From a virus (taxonomy: Duplodnaviria; Caudoviricetes): 30,586 bases of DNA. Of the stretch, positions 1 through 7,799 are shown one piece after another. The notes under the pieces are model-generated. The model did no database searches. It saw only the letters and a list, made by a program, of their open reading frames with translations, and was not told the origin of the DNA. The stretch is taken from IMG/VR virus record IMGVR_UViG_3300020016_000032, positions 1 through 30,586 of that record. The stretch is one strand, 5' to 3'. Position numbers and translations under genes: made by a program. Numbering within the stretch: position 1 is the stretch's first letter; every line of letters begins with the position of its first letter.

Positions 1-1264
1 TCACGGGGGGCGCGGGCGGCTTGACGGGCGGCGGCAACGGGGGAACTGGTTGACCCTGGGATATTGCCAGCACGGCCGGAATGAGCGGCAGTAAATCCGC
101 AATCGTGATGGGCTTGCCACCGAGCAACTGCTGTACGATCGGGCTCTGCATGAGCGGCAGATAGGCCGTGTAGTCGAACGCCGGCACTGGCGGTGGAGGG
201 GGAGGCGTTGGCGGTGGCAACGGCAGCGTTCCCGTCGCGCCAAGAGCCTGCAAGAGCAGCGCTCGCATGTCGGGGTTCGGCTTGGCCAACTCCGCGATCA
301 TTGCCGCTTTGAGATTTGCATCCATGGCGTTTCCTTCGAATAAAACGATGATGAGGGCGATGACCAAGTCGTTGTCGACCTTCGGCGGCAGCACCTCGCC
401 GTCGACCGGCAGGCCCTTGCGGATGTCGCGGTATTTGATCGCCTGCTGTTGCTTCGACAGTCCCTCCACCTGAATGGGCGGATCGACTGGCCAGAACGTG
501 AAGATCGAGTCGGTCGGGAAGTTGGTTGGCGAGTAGCCGAAACGTTCGACCGCCGCACCGCTGATGTCGATCGTGCGTAGGGTCTCAGGTCCAGGCCCGT
601 GGTCCGTCTGTTGCTCTATCGACACCTTGCCGTTCGGCGCGCGCACTGCAAACCACGTCCCGAGGCTCCCAAACTTCTGCGGGCGCGCGATGCCCTGCGC
701 GTCGTCCGGCACCCCCAGGGCGGCGCTGTTCGGCTCGTCCTCGCCGTCATGCCAGTGAAATTTCCCCTCGAATTGGCTGTACCAGCTTCCCCGGCTGGTT
801 TGCACATTGGCCTCGACGTGCGGATCGGGCGGCTTGCCATCGAAGAACGCCGCGAGATTCCATGGCCGCGGATCGTCGGCCCTGTCGTCGTGGCGCACGG
901 AAATATGGATGTGATGATCGTGCGGGTTCTGGCCGCTGTACGGCCGCCACAGCTTGGCGCCGACGTCTATGTTCGCGATGCGGCTGTTGCTGATGATGTA
1001 CTGGACCCGATCGTCCCAATGCTCGCGGAGGAAGTCGGCAAATTTGTAGGAGTCGAATCCGTGCGCAGGATCGTGCGAGATATCGAGCGCGCGCACGATG
1101 CCGCGATCATCCGGGTTATGGTCGGATTTGGTGGCCTGATGCCGCTCGTCGCCAAGCGTGCCGTCGTTCGACTTGTCGCGCCCCGGATAATGCGCGTCGA
1201 CCTGATCGAACAGCGTCAGGAGACATGCCGCAACCCGATTCGTTCCGTCACCGCGCCAGACCAT
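1..1264 (-). CDS. Endolysin-like protein: N-terminal M15/LAS-type Zn peptidase, RlpA-like double-psi beta-barrel, Pro-rich/hydrophobic tail; 3' end runs off the window
   Basis: Translated by hand; absent from the ORF track because there is no stop in the window. ATG at 1262-1264, GGAGG at 1271-1275. MVWRGDGTNRVAACLLTLFDQVDAHYPGRDKSNDGTLGDERHQATKSDHNPDDRGIVRALDISHD...WRPYSGQNPHDHHIHIS (H..D..HxH), then RGSWYSQF...LGTWFAVRAPNGKVSIEQQTDHGPGPETLRTIDISGAAVERFG (RlpA-like DxGP..R.IDLS). Confidence 0.8.
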   Translation of the reverse strand, partial: MVWRGDGTNRVAACLLTLFDQVDAHYPGRDKSNDGTLGDERHQATKSDHNPDDRGIVRALDISHDPAHGFDSYKFADFLREHWDDRVQYIISNSRIANIDVGAKLWRPYSGQNPHDHHIHISVRHDDRADDPRPWNLAAFFDGKPPDPHVEANVQTSRGSWYSQFEGKFHWHDGEDEPNSAALGVPDDAQGIARPQKFGSLGTWFAVRAPNGKVSIEQQTDHGPGPETLRTIDISGAAVERFGYSPTNFPTDSIFTFWPVDPPIQVEGLSKQQQAIKYRDIRKGLPVDGEVLPPKVDNDLVIALIIVLFEGNAMDANLKAAMIAELAKPNPDMRALLLQALGATGTLPLPPPTPPPPPPVPAFDYTAYLPLMQSPIVQQLLGGKPITIADLLPLIPAVLAISQGQPVPPLPPPVKPPAPPV

Positions 1265-1270
1265 CTTGCA

Positions 1271-1300
1271 CCTCCCGCCCCAATAGCGGCGGCGGGAAGG
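1271..1300 (-). promoter_or_regulatory. Stem-loop covering the lysin Shine-Dalgarno
   Basis: Minus strand CCT(T)CCCGCC-G-CC-GCTATT-GG-GGCGGGAGG; the 3' arm contains the GGAGG SD. Confidence 0.55.
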
Positions 1301-1306
1301 ACAACC

Positions 1307-1316
1307 GCAACGCACC
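1307..1316 (-). promoter_or_regulatory. GGTGCGTTGC motif (putative phage late promoter element) upstream of the lysin
   Basis: The exact 10-mer is also at 10190, 20626 and 29833, each just upstream of a minus-strand gene start. Confidence 0.6.
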
Positions 1317-1330
1317 GTAAACGTCCGATA

Positions 1331-3397
1331 TCAGCACACGCGCGTCAGAGTTCCGGCGCCCGTGACCGAATAGGCCGCCATCGCGCCGGTGACAAGGTAG
1401 CCCGCAGCGTCTCCGGTAAGCACGTATGTCGCCATGGCGCCGGTGACGGGATAGGTCGCTGTGTCGCCGATCACGTCGGGGCAGAAGTGGACCGGTGGCG
1501 GGACCGGAAGGAAGTAGGATTCGCTGTTCGCCTGGGCGAGCGCGGCTTTCCGCCGGGCGTATTTCAGCGTGTAAAGTTCGGTCTGCCCGAGCCAATTTGT
1601 AATGAATATTGGTGGTGGCGGTGCCGGCGGGAAGTTCGGCCGCACGCTGTCGTCCAGGCGACGCTTGGTCTTGAGCCGCGCCGGTTCCGACTGTCCAAGC
1701 CATTGAGCGACCGATAGCACCTCAACCGCAGCAACGGTCTGGAACGGCGCGGCAGTCGGATCAAGCTGTCGGAGGTCCGGCCGGCGCCTGGTCGGACGTG
1801 GCTGTTCGCCCCACTGCGAGACGTAGTTGACGAGAAACTGACCGGCAGCAATCGTAACCGGGGCGGCCGTTCCTTCGTCAAACGCCCTTCGACGCAGCCG
1901 TACTGTGATAGTCGGATCGTCTACCAGCAGGGTTGGCGATGTGACGACGGGCGCATTACTCAGGTCGACCGTTGAAGACGGGCCAGCATTCCTTCGACGC
2001 GGCGCAAACAAGGTCTGGTCAGGCAACAGGACCGGCGGCGTGACAACGACGACAGGCGTGAAAATTGGATCAATGGTCGCAGACGGCGCCTGACTCTTTC
2101 GACGAACGGAAAACACCGTCAGGTCAGGCAACAAAACAGGCGTTTCAACTACAACAACCGGGACGTTGATCGCGTCTATCGTCGCAGATGCGCTGGCGCC
2201 CTTGAGAGGCTTCAGCCGGTAAAGCTGGAATTGCTCCAGCCATTGCGAAACGAAGTTGGGCAGGAATTGGCCCGGAGCCACGCCGATCGGGGCCGTGATT
2301 TCCGTTCCGACAGCCTTCTTTGGCAGGCGCCAAAACGCCTTGTCATCTGCAAGGAACACAGGCGGCACTTCGACAGGCGCAAGTCGAATGGTGATGTCAT
2401 CACGCGCAATGCCAACCTTGCCGCGAAGCCGCCGGTACGGATTATCGTCAGGCAATACAACGGGTGTGGTAACCGGCGCCACAACCTGCGGAAAGACCGG
2501 CTGAACGCTTTCGGCCAGCTTACCCTTGGTCTTAAGCCGTACAGGAACGTCCAACGATTCAAACCAAAGGTCGTCGATCGGAATGGCGAAGACGCAGCTT
2601 GTCGGGAGCGGCATCCAGCGCGAGCGGTAGCGCGGGCGGATGTCAGATGGTTGAAAGGCATGGACGAAGTTTGTAACTGGCGTGACGATAGGTGGACCGA
2701 CAGGCCCTGTCGTCGGGTCGTAAACCTGCCAGCGGTTGATTACGACTTGGCTCGACGACGCATAGGCGATCGTGCTGGTAATGGAAGCCGATCCCGCCGT
2801 CGAGATTGGATCGGCGGTTGATGATGCATTAGCAGATTTTATCGCGATCAGCCGTCGCTGGGATGGCCCCTGCGCTTCCACGGGGAATGAAGTCGGAGCA
2901 ACCGGCGCTGCTGGCAGGAAAATAGTAACGACTGTATCAAGCGAGCGCAGCCAACGCCTGACTCGTTGCTGTTCAGAAGCTTGAAGAGACTGAACAAAGT
3001 TAGGTAGGAATTGCCCTGGCGCCGTAGTGGTTGGCGCCGAAGTTTCATCAAGCGGGCACGGTTTGCGTTTTTTCGGCTGCTGATCCGGACGATCCAGCGC
3101 CTGTGTAAAGTTTGGTAGGAACTGGCCTGGTGCGACACCAATCGGCGCAGAAGTGTCTTCCCGAAACGAAACCTTTTTAGCCACACGACGAAACGGCGTG
3201 CTGTCCATCAAAACAACTGGCGGGGCGGCTGCTACTGGAGCAGGACCAACCGGCCCAGTAGTTGAATCATAAACCGACCACGTACTAATAACGATAAGTG
3301 CCGACGACGCACAAGCGGACAATAAGCTGACTGTGGTCGCGGCCCCAACCGCGTCCTGAAACGCATCGCTCTGAAATGCATTTCCTTGAAACGACAT
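1331..3397 (-). CDS. 688-aa Pro/Val/Arg-rich internally repetitive protein, probably virion-associated
   Basis: ATG 3 nt after the MTase stop. N-terminal FQGNAFQSDAFQ; 4x (A/P)GQFL(P/V)N(F/Y); 2x WxVYDxTTGPVGP; ~6x PVxLxD...RR; C-terminal 10-aa repeats (TGAMATYVL / TGDAAGYLV / TGAMAAYSV). Confidence 0.75.
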   Translation of the reverse strand: MSFQGNAFQSDAFQDAVGAATTVSLLSACASSALIVISTWSVYDSTTGPVGPAPVAAAPPVVLMDSTPFRRVAKKVSFREDTSAPIGVAPGQFLPNFTQALDRPDQQPKKRKPCPLDETSAPTTTAPGQFLPNFVQSLQASEQQRVRRWLRSLDTVVTIFLPAAPVAPTSFPVEAQGPSQRRLIAIKSANASSTADPISTAGSASITSTIAYASSSQVVINRWQVYDPTTGPVGPPIVTPVTNFVHAFQPSDIRPRYRSRWMPLPTSCVFAIPIDDLWFESLDVPVRLKTKGKLAESVQPVFPQVVAPVTTPVVLPDDNPYRRLRGKVGIARDDITIRLAPVEVPPVFLADDKAFWRLPKKAVGTEITAPIGVAPGQFLPNFVSQWLEQFQLYRLKPLKGASASATIDAINVPVVVVETPVLLPDLTVFSVRRKSQAPSATIDPIFTPVVVVTPPVLLPDQTLFAPRRRNAGPSSTVDLSNAPVVTSPTLLVDDPTITVRLRRRAFDEGTAAPVTIAAGQFLVNYVSQWGEQPRPTRRRPDLRQLDPTAAPFQTVAAVEVLSVAQWLGQSEPARLKTKRRLDDSVRPNFPPAPPPPIFITNWLGQTELYTLKYARRKAALAQANSESYFLPVPPPVHFCPDVIGDTATYPVTGAMATYVLTGDAAGYLVTGAMAAYSVTGAGTLTRVC

Positions 3398-3400
3398 TGC

Positions 3401-3991
3401 TTATTTCTTCGTCAGGGTTGCGTGGATATCCTGCACGGCTTCCTTGTAGAAGTTCAACGCAAATTGCTGGTACTCAGTGTTGCGGCTCGTCAATGTTGGG
3501 TGCATGCCGTAGCCCCAGGTACAATCGAAATCGCAATCGTACCCTTGCGACCAGTTCTTGATGTCCGTATGAGGCGCGTTACCATCATCAAGCCTCCACT
3601 TGCGCGACAGATAATAAAACCAGAATTCGCTGACCGGAGGCCATTGATGCGTTGGGTCACCGTAGGCGCGGGCGGAGGACCAGTGCGGCACGATCAAGGT
3701 GCACTTGCCACCTGGAACGAGCACGCGATGAAGCTCATTACAGAAATGAATGCGCGAGCGAGCGTCGAGATGTTCAACAAAGTGCGAGGTATAGGCTTCA
3801 CCAACACTCTCATCAGGAAATGGCCAATCGTCGTTTGCAACATCAACTACATGGTAGACGCCGGGGAATGCAATGCGATCAAGGCCAACCCAATCGTCCT
3901 GATCGCCCTTGGGTCCTTTGTACTTCTTGGCCCCACAGCCGATGTCGATCTTGATCAGCTTCGGCATTTCAACTTCTTTCAATGCTTCCAT
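3401..3991 (-). CDS. Class I SAM-dependent methyltransferase (Methyltransf_11-like, small-molecule/glycan type)
   Basis: Motif I IDIGCG, WVGLD, WPFPDESV..AYTSHFVEHL, ELHRVLVPGG, AYGDPTH. No DPPY or PCQ DNA-MTase motif. TGATG coupling at 3989-3993; alternative start at MPKL. Confidence 0.85.
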   Translation of the reverse strand: MEALKEVEMPKLIKIDIGCGAKKYKGPKGDQDDWVGLDRIAFPGVYHVVDVANDDWPFPDESVGEAYTSHFVEHLDARSRIHFCNELHRVLVPGGKCTLIVPHWSSARAYGDPTHQWPPVSEFWFYYLSRKWRLDDGNAPHTDIKNWSQGYDCDFDCTWGYGMHPTLTSRNTEYQQFALNFYKEAVQDIHATLTKK

Positions 3992-4188
3992 CACGATGGA
4001 ATCCTTTCTACTATCGCCCTACGAACATCAATTGCCGTCGAAAGAGTATCTCTAAATAGCGAAGCCGCCTCAATCGTCATCTTGCTAGTTGCAATAACGG
4101 CGCTATTTTTGTCGTACAGGGTAATGTGCACGCACTCGCACATAATGTCTCCACATGCCCCAACGCTTATTAAGGATGCTTCCATCAC
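3982..4188. repeat. 13-bp direct repeat ATGCTTCCATCAC at 3982-3994 and 4176-4188
   Basis: Exact copies read from the sequence; each contains a TGATG stop/start junction on the minus strand. Confidence 0.9.
3991..4185 (-). CDS. 64-aa hypothetical protein (MEASLISVGACGDIMCECVH...)
   Basis: TGATG-coupled at both ends, AT-richer than its neighbours, fills the gap exactly. Confidence 0.6.
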   Translation of the reverse strand: MEASLISVGACGDIMCECVHITLYDKNSAVIATSKMTIEAASLFRDTLSTAIDVRRAIVERIPS

Positions 4189-5045
4189 CACACCATGTCG
4201 CTAGAGAGATCAAAGTGACCAACCTTCACGCGCGTGTCGATCGCACAGCGATAGCCGTGCTTGCGAGCGTCGGCCCAAAAGTAAAGGTCCTGCGTTCCCA
4301 CGCCACCGTCGCCGGCCAGCGTCTTGAACCACGGCTTGCGGAGCTTGTCATCTTTGAACATTGACAGGCGCCATAGGTTGAAACCCATCCCGGTTCCACA
4401 ACACTCCTGCACGCACTCAGGCTGTGGCACTTGGGGCCGGAAGTTCAACACCGGGTCTTTTGGATCGCCCCATATCTGCGGAACGCCGCCCTCGCCTTTG
4501 GTCCAGTAGAGACCGCCAATGCAAGCAAGTTCTGGATGCGCATCCATGTTCTCAATCAACTTGATCACACCGTCGGGCGGCGGGACATTGTCGTGCTCAA
4601 TCGTTAGAATGTATTCCCACTCGGACAGGTTCGGCTCCGCCAGCACAGCCGATATTGCCTGCGAATAAGCGTCGCCGACTTCCATTCCAAGGCACAGCAT
4701 CCGATAGACGGCTTGGTTGGGCGGGAAGATCAAATTCCAATGCGACAACGCGACCTTCGTGCTGATCGTATTAGCCGCCGGCAGCATCACGATGATACGC
4801 TGCTTTTTCCAGGTAGCGCCCTGAATAATGCGGCTGCGGGAGGTGTCGAATGCTTCATTGTGCCGGCCCTCCGCACTTCGGTCGAAGGAAATGATCTGCG
4901 CTGCGGGCCTGACCGCTGCCGGCGGCACGTAGCCTGGAGCAAGCGTATCGACGAATCCGTCCTGGTCGCGCGGATCGAAAGTTTGGCTGCTCACGAACAA
5001 ATGCCCCAACGCCTGGGGATATGGATTTCTCGTGTCGACTTTCAT
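4185..5045 (-). CDS. Glycosyltransferase, GT-A fold (GT2-like)
   Basis: RIIVMLPA; EYILTIEHDNVPP (DxD-like position); CIGGLYW; GTGMGFNLWRLSMF; KPWF; QDLYFW...GYRCAIDTRVKVGHFD, a typical GT2-like C-terminus. Confidence 0.8.
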   Translation of the reverse strand: MKVDTRNPYPQALGHLFVSSQTFDPRDQDGFVDTLAPGYVPPAAVRPAAQIISFDRSAEGRHNEAFDTSRSRIIQGATWKKQRIIVMLPAANTISTKVALSHWNLIFPPNQAVYRMLCLGMEVGDAYSQAISAVLAEPNLSEWEYILTIEHDNVPPPDGVIKLIENMDAHPELACIGGLYWTKGEGGVPQIWGDPKDPVLNFRPQVPQPECVQECCGTGMGFNLWRLSMFKDDKLRKPWFKTLAGDGGVGTQDLYFWADARKHGYRCAIDTRVKVGHFDLSSDMVW

Positions 5046-5053
5046 CGCTGGAC

Positions 5054-5956
5054 CTACTGAAACGTTTGGTTTCTAAGTTCAAACAAAAACGGCGCCGCGC
5101 GCACTGTAGTATCGGTACTTCCTTGCGTGTAGTCGCTAAATGCAAGGGAAGCCCGAGTAGCGTTTGTGCTAAACAGCCCACGGCCTGGATAAATTCCGTA
5201 TGTTGCATTTGTGCCTTGTCCGATCGAATGCCACGAAGACACCGGCAATACGTTATCGTGGTAGACACTAAAAGAATTTCCAAGAGCCGTCGTGTTAGCG
5301 CCCCCAGTTGCCGAATTTGTCGTAGAGATATGCAAAGCAGCAAAATAAAGACCGGCCTGTAGTGTAGTTTGAGCACACGTGGCATCAAATACAACGCCTC
5401 CACCATGAGACAATGTAGCGTTTGAACTCCACGATGCGGTTAAAGTCTTTCCTAACGATGCAACCGAACTTAAAGTTGACCCAGACGCGGTATAAATAAC
5501 CATAGACACAGACATGTCAAAATATGCAGATGAATTATTTGCTGCTGAACCAACCGCTAATGATCCTAAAAATCTCGCGTTTGAAAATACGAGAGGACAC
5601 TCGAGGAAAAACGGATTAATAGAAACGCTGCTATTTGCCTGTCGAATCCGAGTGTCTATAGCAGCGGGCATGTAGGCCCAATAGCTACAAAGTGGGCCAC
5701 TGAACACGATCGTGTCGCTCGACCCGCCGAGCGTTACGCCACCAGCACCTGAAAACACGACGTTAGTGCCACTCGCCGTGCTGCTGTTGGTCGTGTTTCC
5801 AGTAATCGTAAAGAGTTGATTGTGTGCCGAATTCCAATTGCTCGGTCGCACAAGCGCAGTTGCCGCTACGGTTCCAGTCGCGCCGGCACTATCGAATACC
5901 GTGACCGTACCGGTCCAATCGGCGATCGCGTTGGAAAAAACATGAGAGACGGCCAT
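5054..5956 (-). CDS. 300-aa Ser/Thr/Gly-rich beta-rich virion/fibre-like protein
   Basis: GAGGGA RBS upstream. Thr/Ser/Gly-rich N-terminus (LVRPSNWNSAH); AT-richer C-terminal beta domain (GLYFAAL). Confidence 0.6.
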   Translation of the reverse strand: MAVSHVFSNAIADWTGTVTVFDSAGATGTVAATALVRPSNWNSAHNQLFTITGNTTNSSTASGTNVVFSGAGGVTLGGSSDTIVFSGPLCSYWAYMPAAIDTRIRQANSSVSINPFFLECPLVFSNARFLGSLAVGSAANNSSAYFDMSVSMVIYTASGSTLSSVASLGKTLTASWSSNATLSHGGGVVFDATCAQTTLQAGLYFAALHISTTNSATGGANTTALGNSFSVYHDNVLPVSSWHSIGQGTNATYGIYPGRGLFSTNATRASLAFSDYTQGSTDTTVRAAPFLFELRNQTFQ

Positions 5957-5966
5957 TTACGTTCCC

Positions 5967-7787
5967 TCAAATGTGCGTTGCGATGTGCTTGTGACGTTTG
6001 GTTGGTCCGACAATAATATCAGGCCCTTGATCAGTCGATATTTCAACAGTCACGGTTCCAGCCGCCGTGGTCGTGCCGCAATATGGGGTCATGCCCTTTG
6101 CCATCCACGCACCAGACGGGATAGGTGGCAAGTTATCAGCCCCTACTGATCCAACCCACCCACCGGCCGCCGTCCACGACCTGACACCACTGGTTTTTAG
6201 GTCAACGGTTGGGGCGTACTGGGACCACACATTAGAGCCATCAAACATTTGAGCGCCAAACTGCGCCATAACACTAAATGGAAGGGCGCCTATTCCCGTG
6301 AACGGCGTCACCACTTCGACCCGAATAGAAGTAATTTTTCCCCAAACCTGAACGAGCGGCTGAGTGCCAATATCTCCCGTATACGTTCGCCTGGAATAAC
6401 TAAACAAAGGTAATTGCGATGGTGCTTGGGACAAATCCACGACATCGGCGCATCCGGTGCAATTTCGAAAGGTAACAGACTGAGCGGGATGCAGTATCAA
6501 TTTGGTCAGGGATAGGCCACTCGTTCCGCTATAGCTCGGCAAAGACGATCCACTGTACGAAATCCGCATGTAGGTGTAACTGACATCATCATAATAATCC
6601 AAGATCGTAAACGGATTACCCCAATTTGTTGGACCTCCGCCCCCGGTCCCGTTGAAAAATCCTCGCATTCCTGGCACGGCAAACGCGCGTATTTGAGAGA
6701 TGTCAGATCCAACTGGATATCGAAATATGCCGTTGCCGATATACTCGCAATTAGGATTTGTTAAATCTATGTAACAACCGTTTGTCAGAACATCTATATT
6801 GCTAATAACACAACTGTCGAACACAGCATTCACGTTGCCGCCATAACCATCCGACCCTATGGTCATCGTGCCTATTGTGGCGCCGCTTGCGTAAAACAAT
6901 TGAGGCGTGGTGCCGATTATTCTGTTATATGCCCCCCCCGTTATATGAACCTCTGTAATAGAAGCGCTTTGAAAAATCAGACTATTCGGCGCCGTTTGCG
7001 TGCAATTGATAAGCTGTAACAGCTTAATTTCTTTATCGGCTTCCACTCCATTGGAAAACGTACACGTATCAAACCGCGCAATATTCGCAAAAGTGGGCGC
7101 GCATCCATGTGCCCCCAGAAACGTTGCGCCAGTTATATAAAACTCCTTGGCCGTAATCTGTACTTGATTGCTGCCGCCGATAGCATCCCACGTTCCACCG
7201 ACGATCGTTATCGTCTGGTCCCACCTTGATGCGAGTAAATGCGCATATGCCGGCCCCCCCGGAAAATAATCTGCGTTGTGACTGTCCGGGAATGTTAAAA
7301 TATAAGTTCGAGTAAGAGGCGCATCTAAATCCCATCGTCCGGATGACACCGCGACAACCTGATGATTTTCCCACCATACCCAGTTTGATGGATAGCCAGA
7401 CACACCCTGCGTATCTCGACAGTCAACAACAACCTGATCGCCCGGAGACGCCCTTGTGTATTCGCTCGGAACTTCAAGCAGCACATACGACTCGCCCGAA
7501 TTAGCCCGTGACAGCTTCGCTTGACCTGTGGCCGTTTGAAACTGCGGTCCGCCGATGATGTAGTATTGAATTGTTGCCCCGGCCGACAAAACCGTCAAGT
7601 TTTTAATGCTGTTGGTCCAGTTTACGCAATTGACATTGTTATACGAGCCGGCTGGAATTGTAAGTTCGACAGCCGTTGAACCTTGAGCTATCGAAAATGT
7701 CTGAAAATCGGCGAACGCTTGCGAATCATCCGTTACGCCATCTCCAACGGCGCCATAATCTATTTTTATGTTCTTTTGAATCGTCAT
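5967..7787 (-). CDS. Tailspike/depolymerase-like right-handed beta-helix protein (pectate lyase 3-like N-terminus)
   Basis: DYGAVGDGVTDDSQAF and LTIPAGSY motifs, Cys/Asn-ladder-like spacing (FDTCTF, LINCT, FDSCVI, FRNCTG), GAGG RBS. Confidence 0.75.
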   Translation of the reverse strand: MTIQKNIKIDYGAVGDGVTDDSQAFADFQTFSIAQGSTAVELTIPAGSYNNVNCVNWTNSIKNLTVLSAGATIQYYIIGGPQFQTATGQAKLSRANSGESYVLLEVPSEYTRASPGDQVVVDCRDTQGVSGYPSNWVWWENHQVVAVSSGRWDLDAPLTRTYILTFPDSHNADYFPGGPAYAHLLASRWDQTITIVGGTWDAIGGSNQVQITAKEFYITGATFLGAHGCAPTFANIARFDTCTFSNGVEADKEIKLLQLINCTQTAPNSLIFQSASITEVHITGGAYNRIIGTTPQLFYASGATIGTMTIGSDGYGGNVNAVFDSCVISNIDVLTNGCYIDLTNPNCEYIGNGIFRYPVGSDISQIRAFAVPGMRGFFNGTGGGGPTNWGNPFTILDYYDDVSYTYMRISYSGSSLPSYSGTSGLSLTKLILHPAQSVTFRNCTGCADVVDLSQAPSQLPLFSYSRRTYTGDIGTQPLVQVWGKITSIRVEVVTPFTGIGALPFSVMAQFGAQMFDGSNVWSQYAPTVDLKTSGVRSWTAAGGWVGSVGADNLPPIPSGAWMAKGMTPYCGTTTAAGTVTVEISTDQGPDIIVGPTKRHKHIATHI

Positions 7788-7799
7788 TTCCGCGTGCCT

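Noticed and set aside
599-1717. 372-aa plus-strand ORF and the short minus-strand ORFs listed in 1-1250
   Set aside because: Shadows or alternative frames of the true lysin frame (ATG 1264) and the 688-aa gene.
3401-3991. Methyltransferase as a DNA modification/anti-restriction enzyme
   Set aside because: It lacks (D/N)PP(Y/F) and PCQ catalytic motifs, and its pattern fits small-molecule/glycan MTases.
5973-5981. Plus-strand GTGCGTTGC near-match to the late motif (also GTGCGTTG near 19905)
   Set aside because: Opposite orientation, inside coding sequence, with no downstream plus-strand gene; likely chance.
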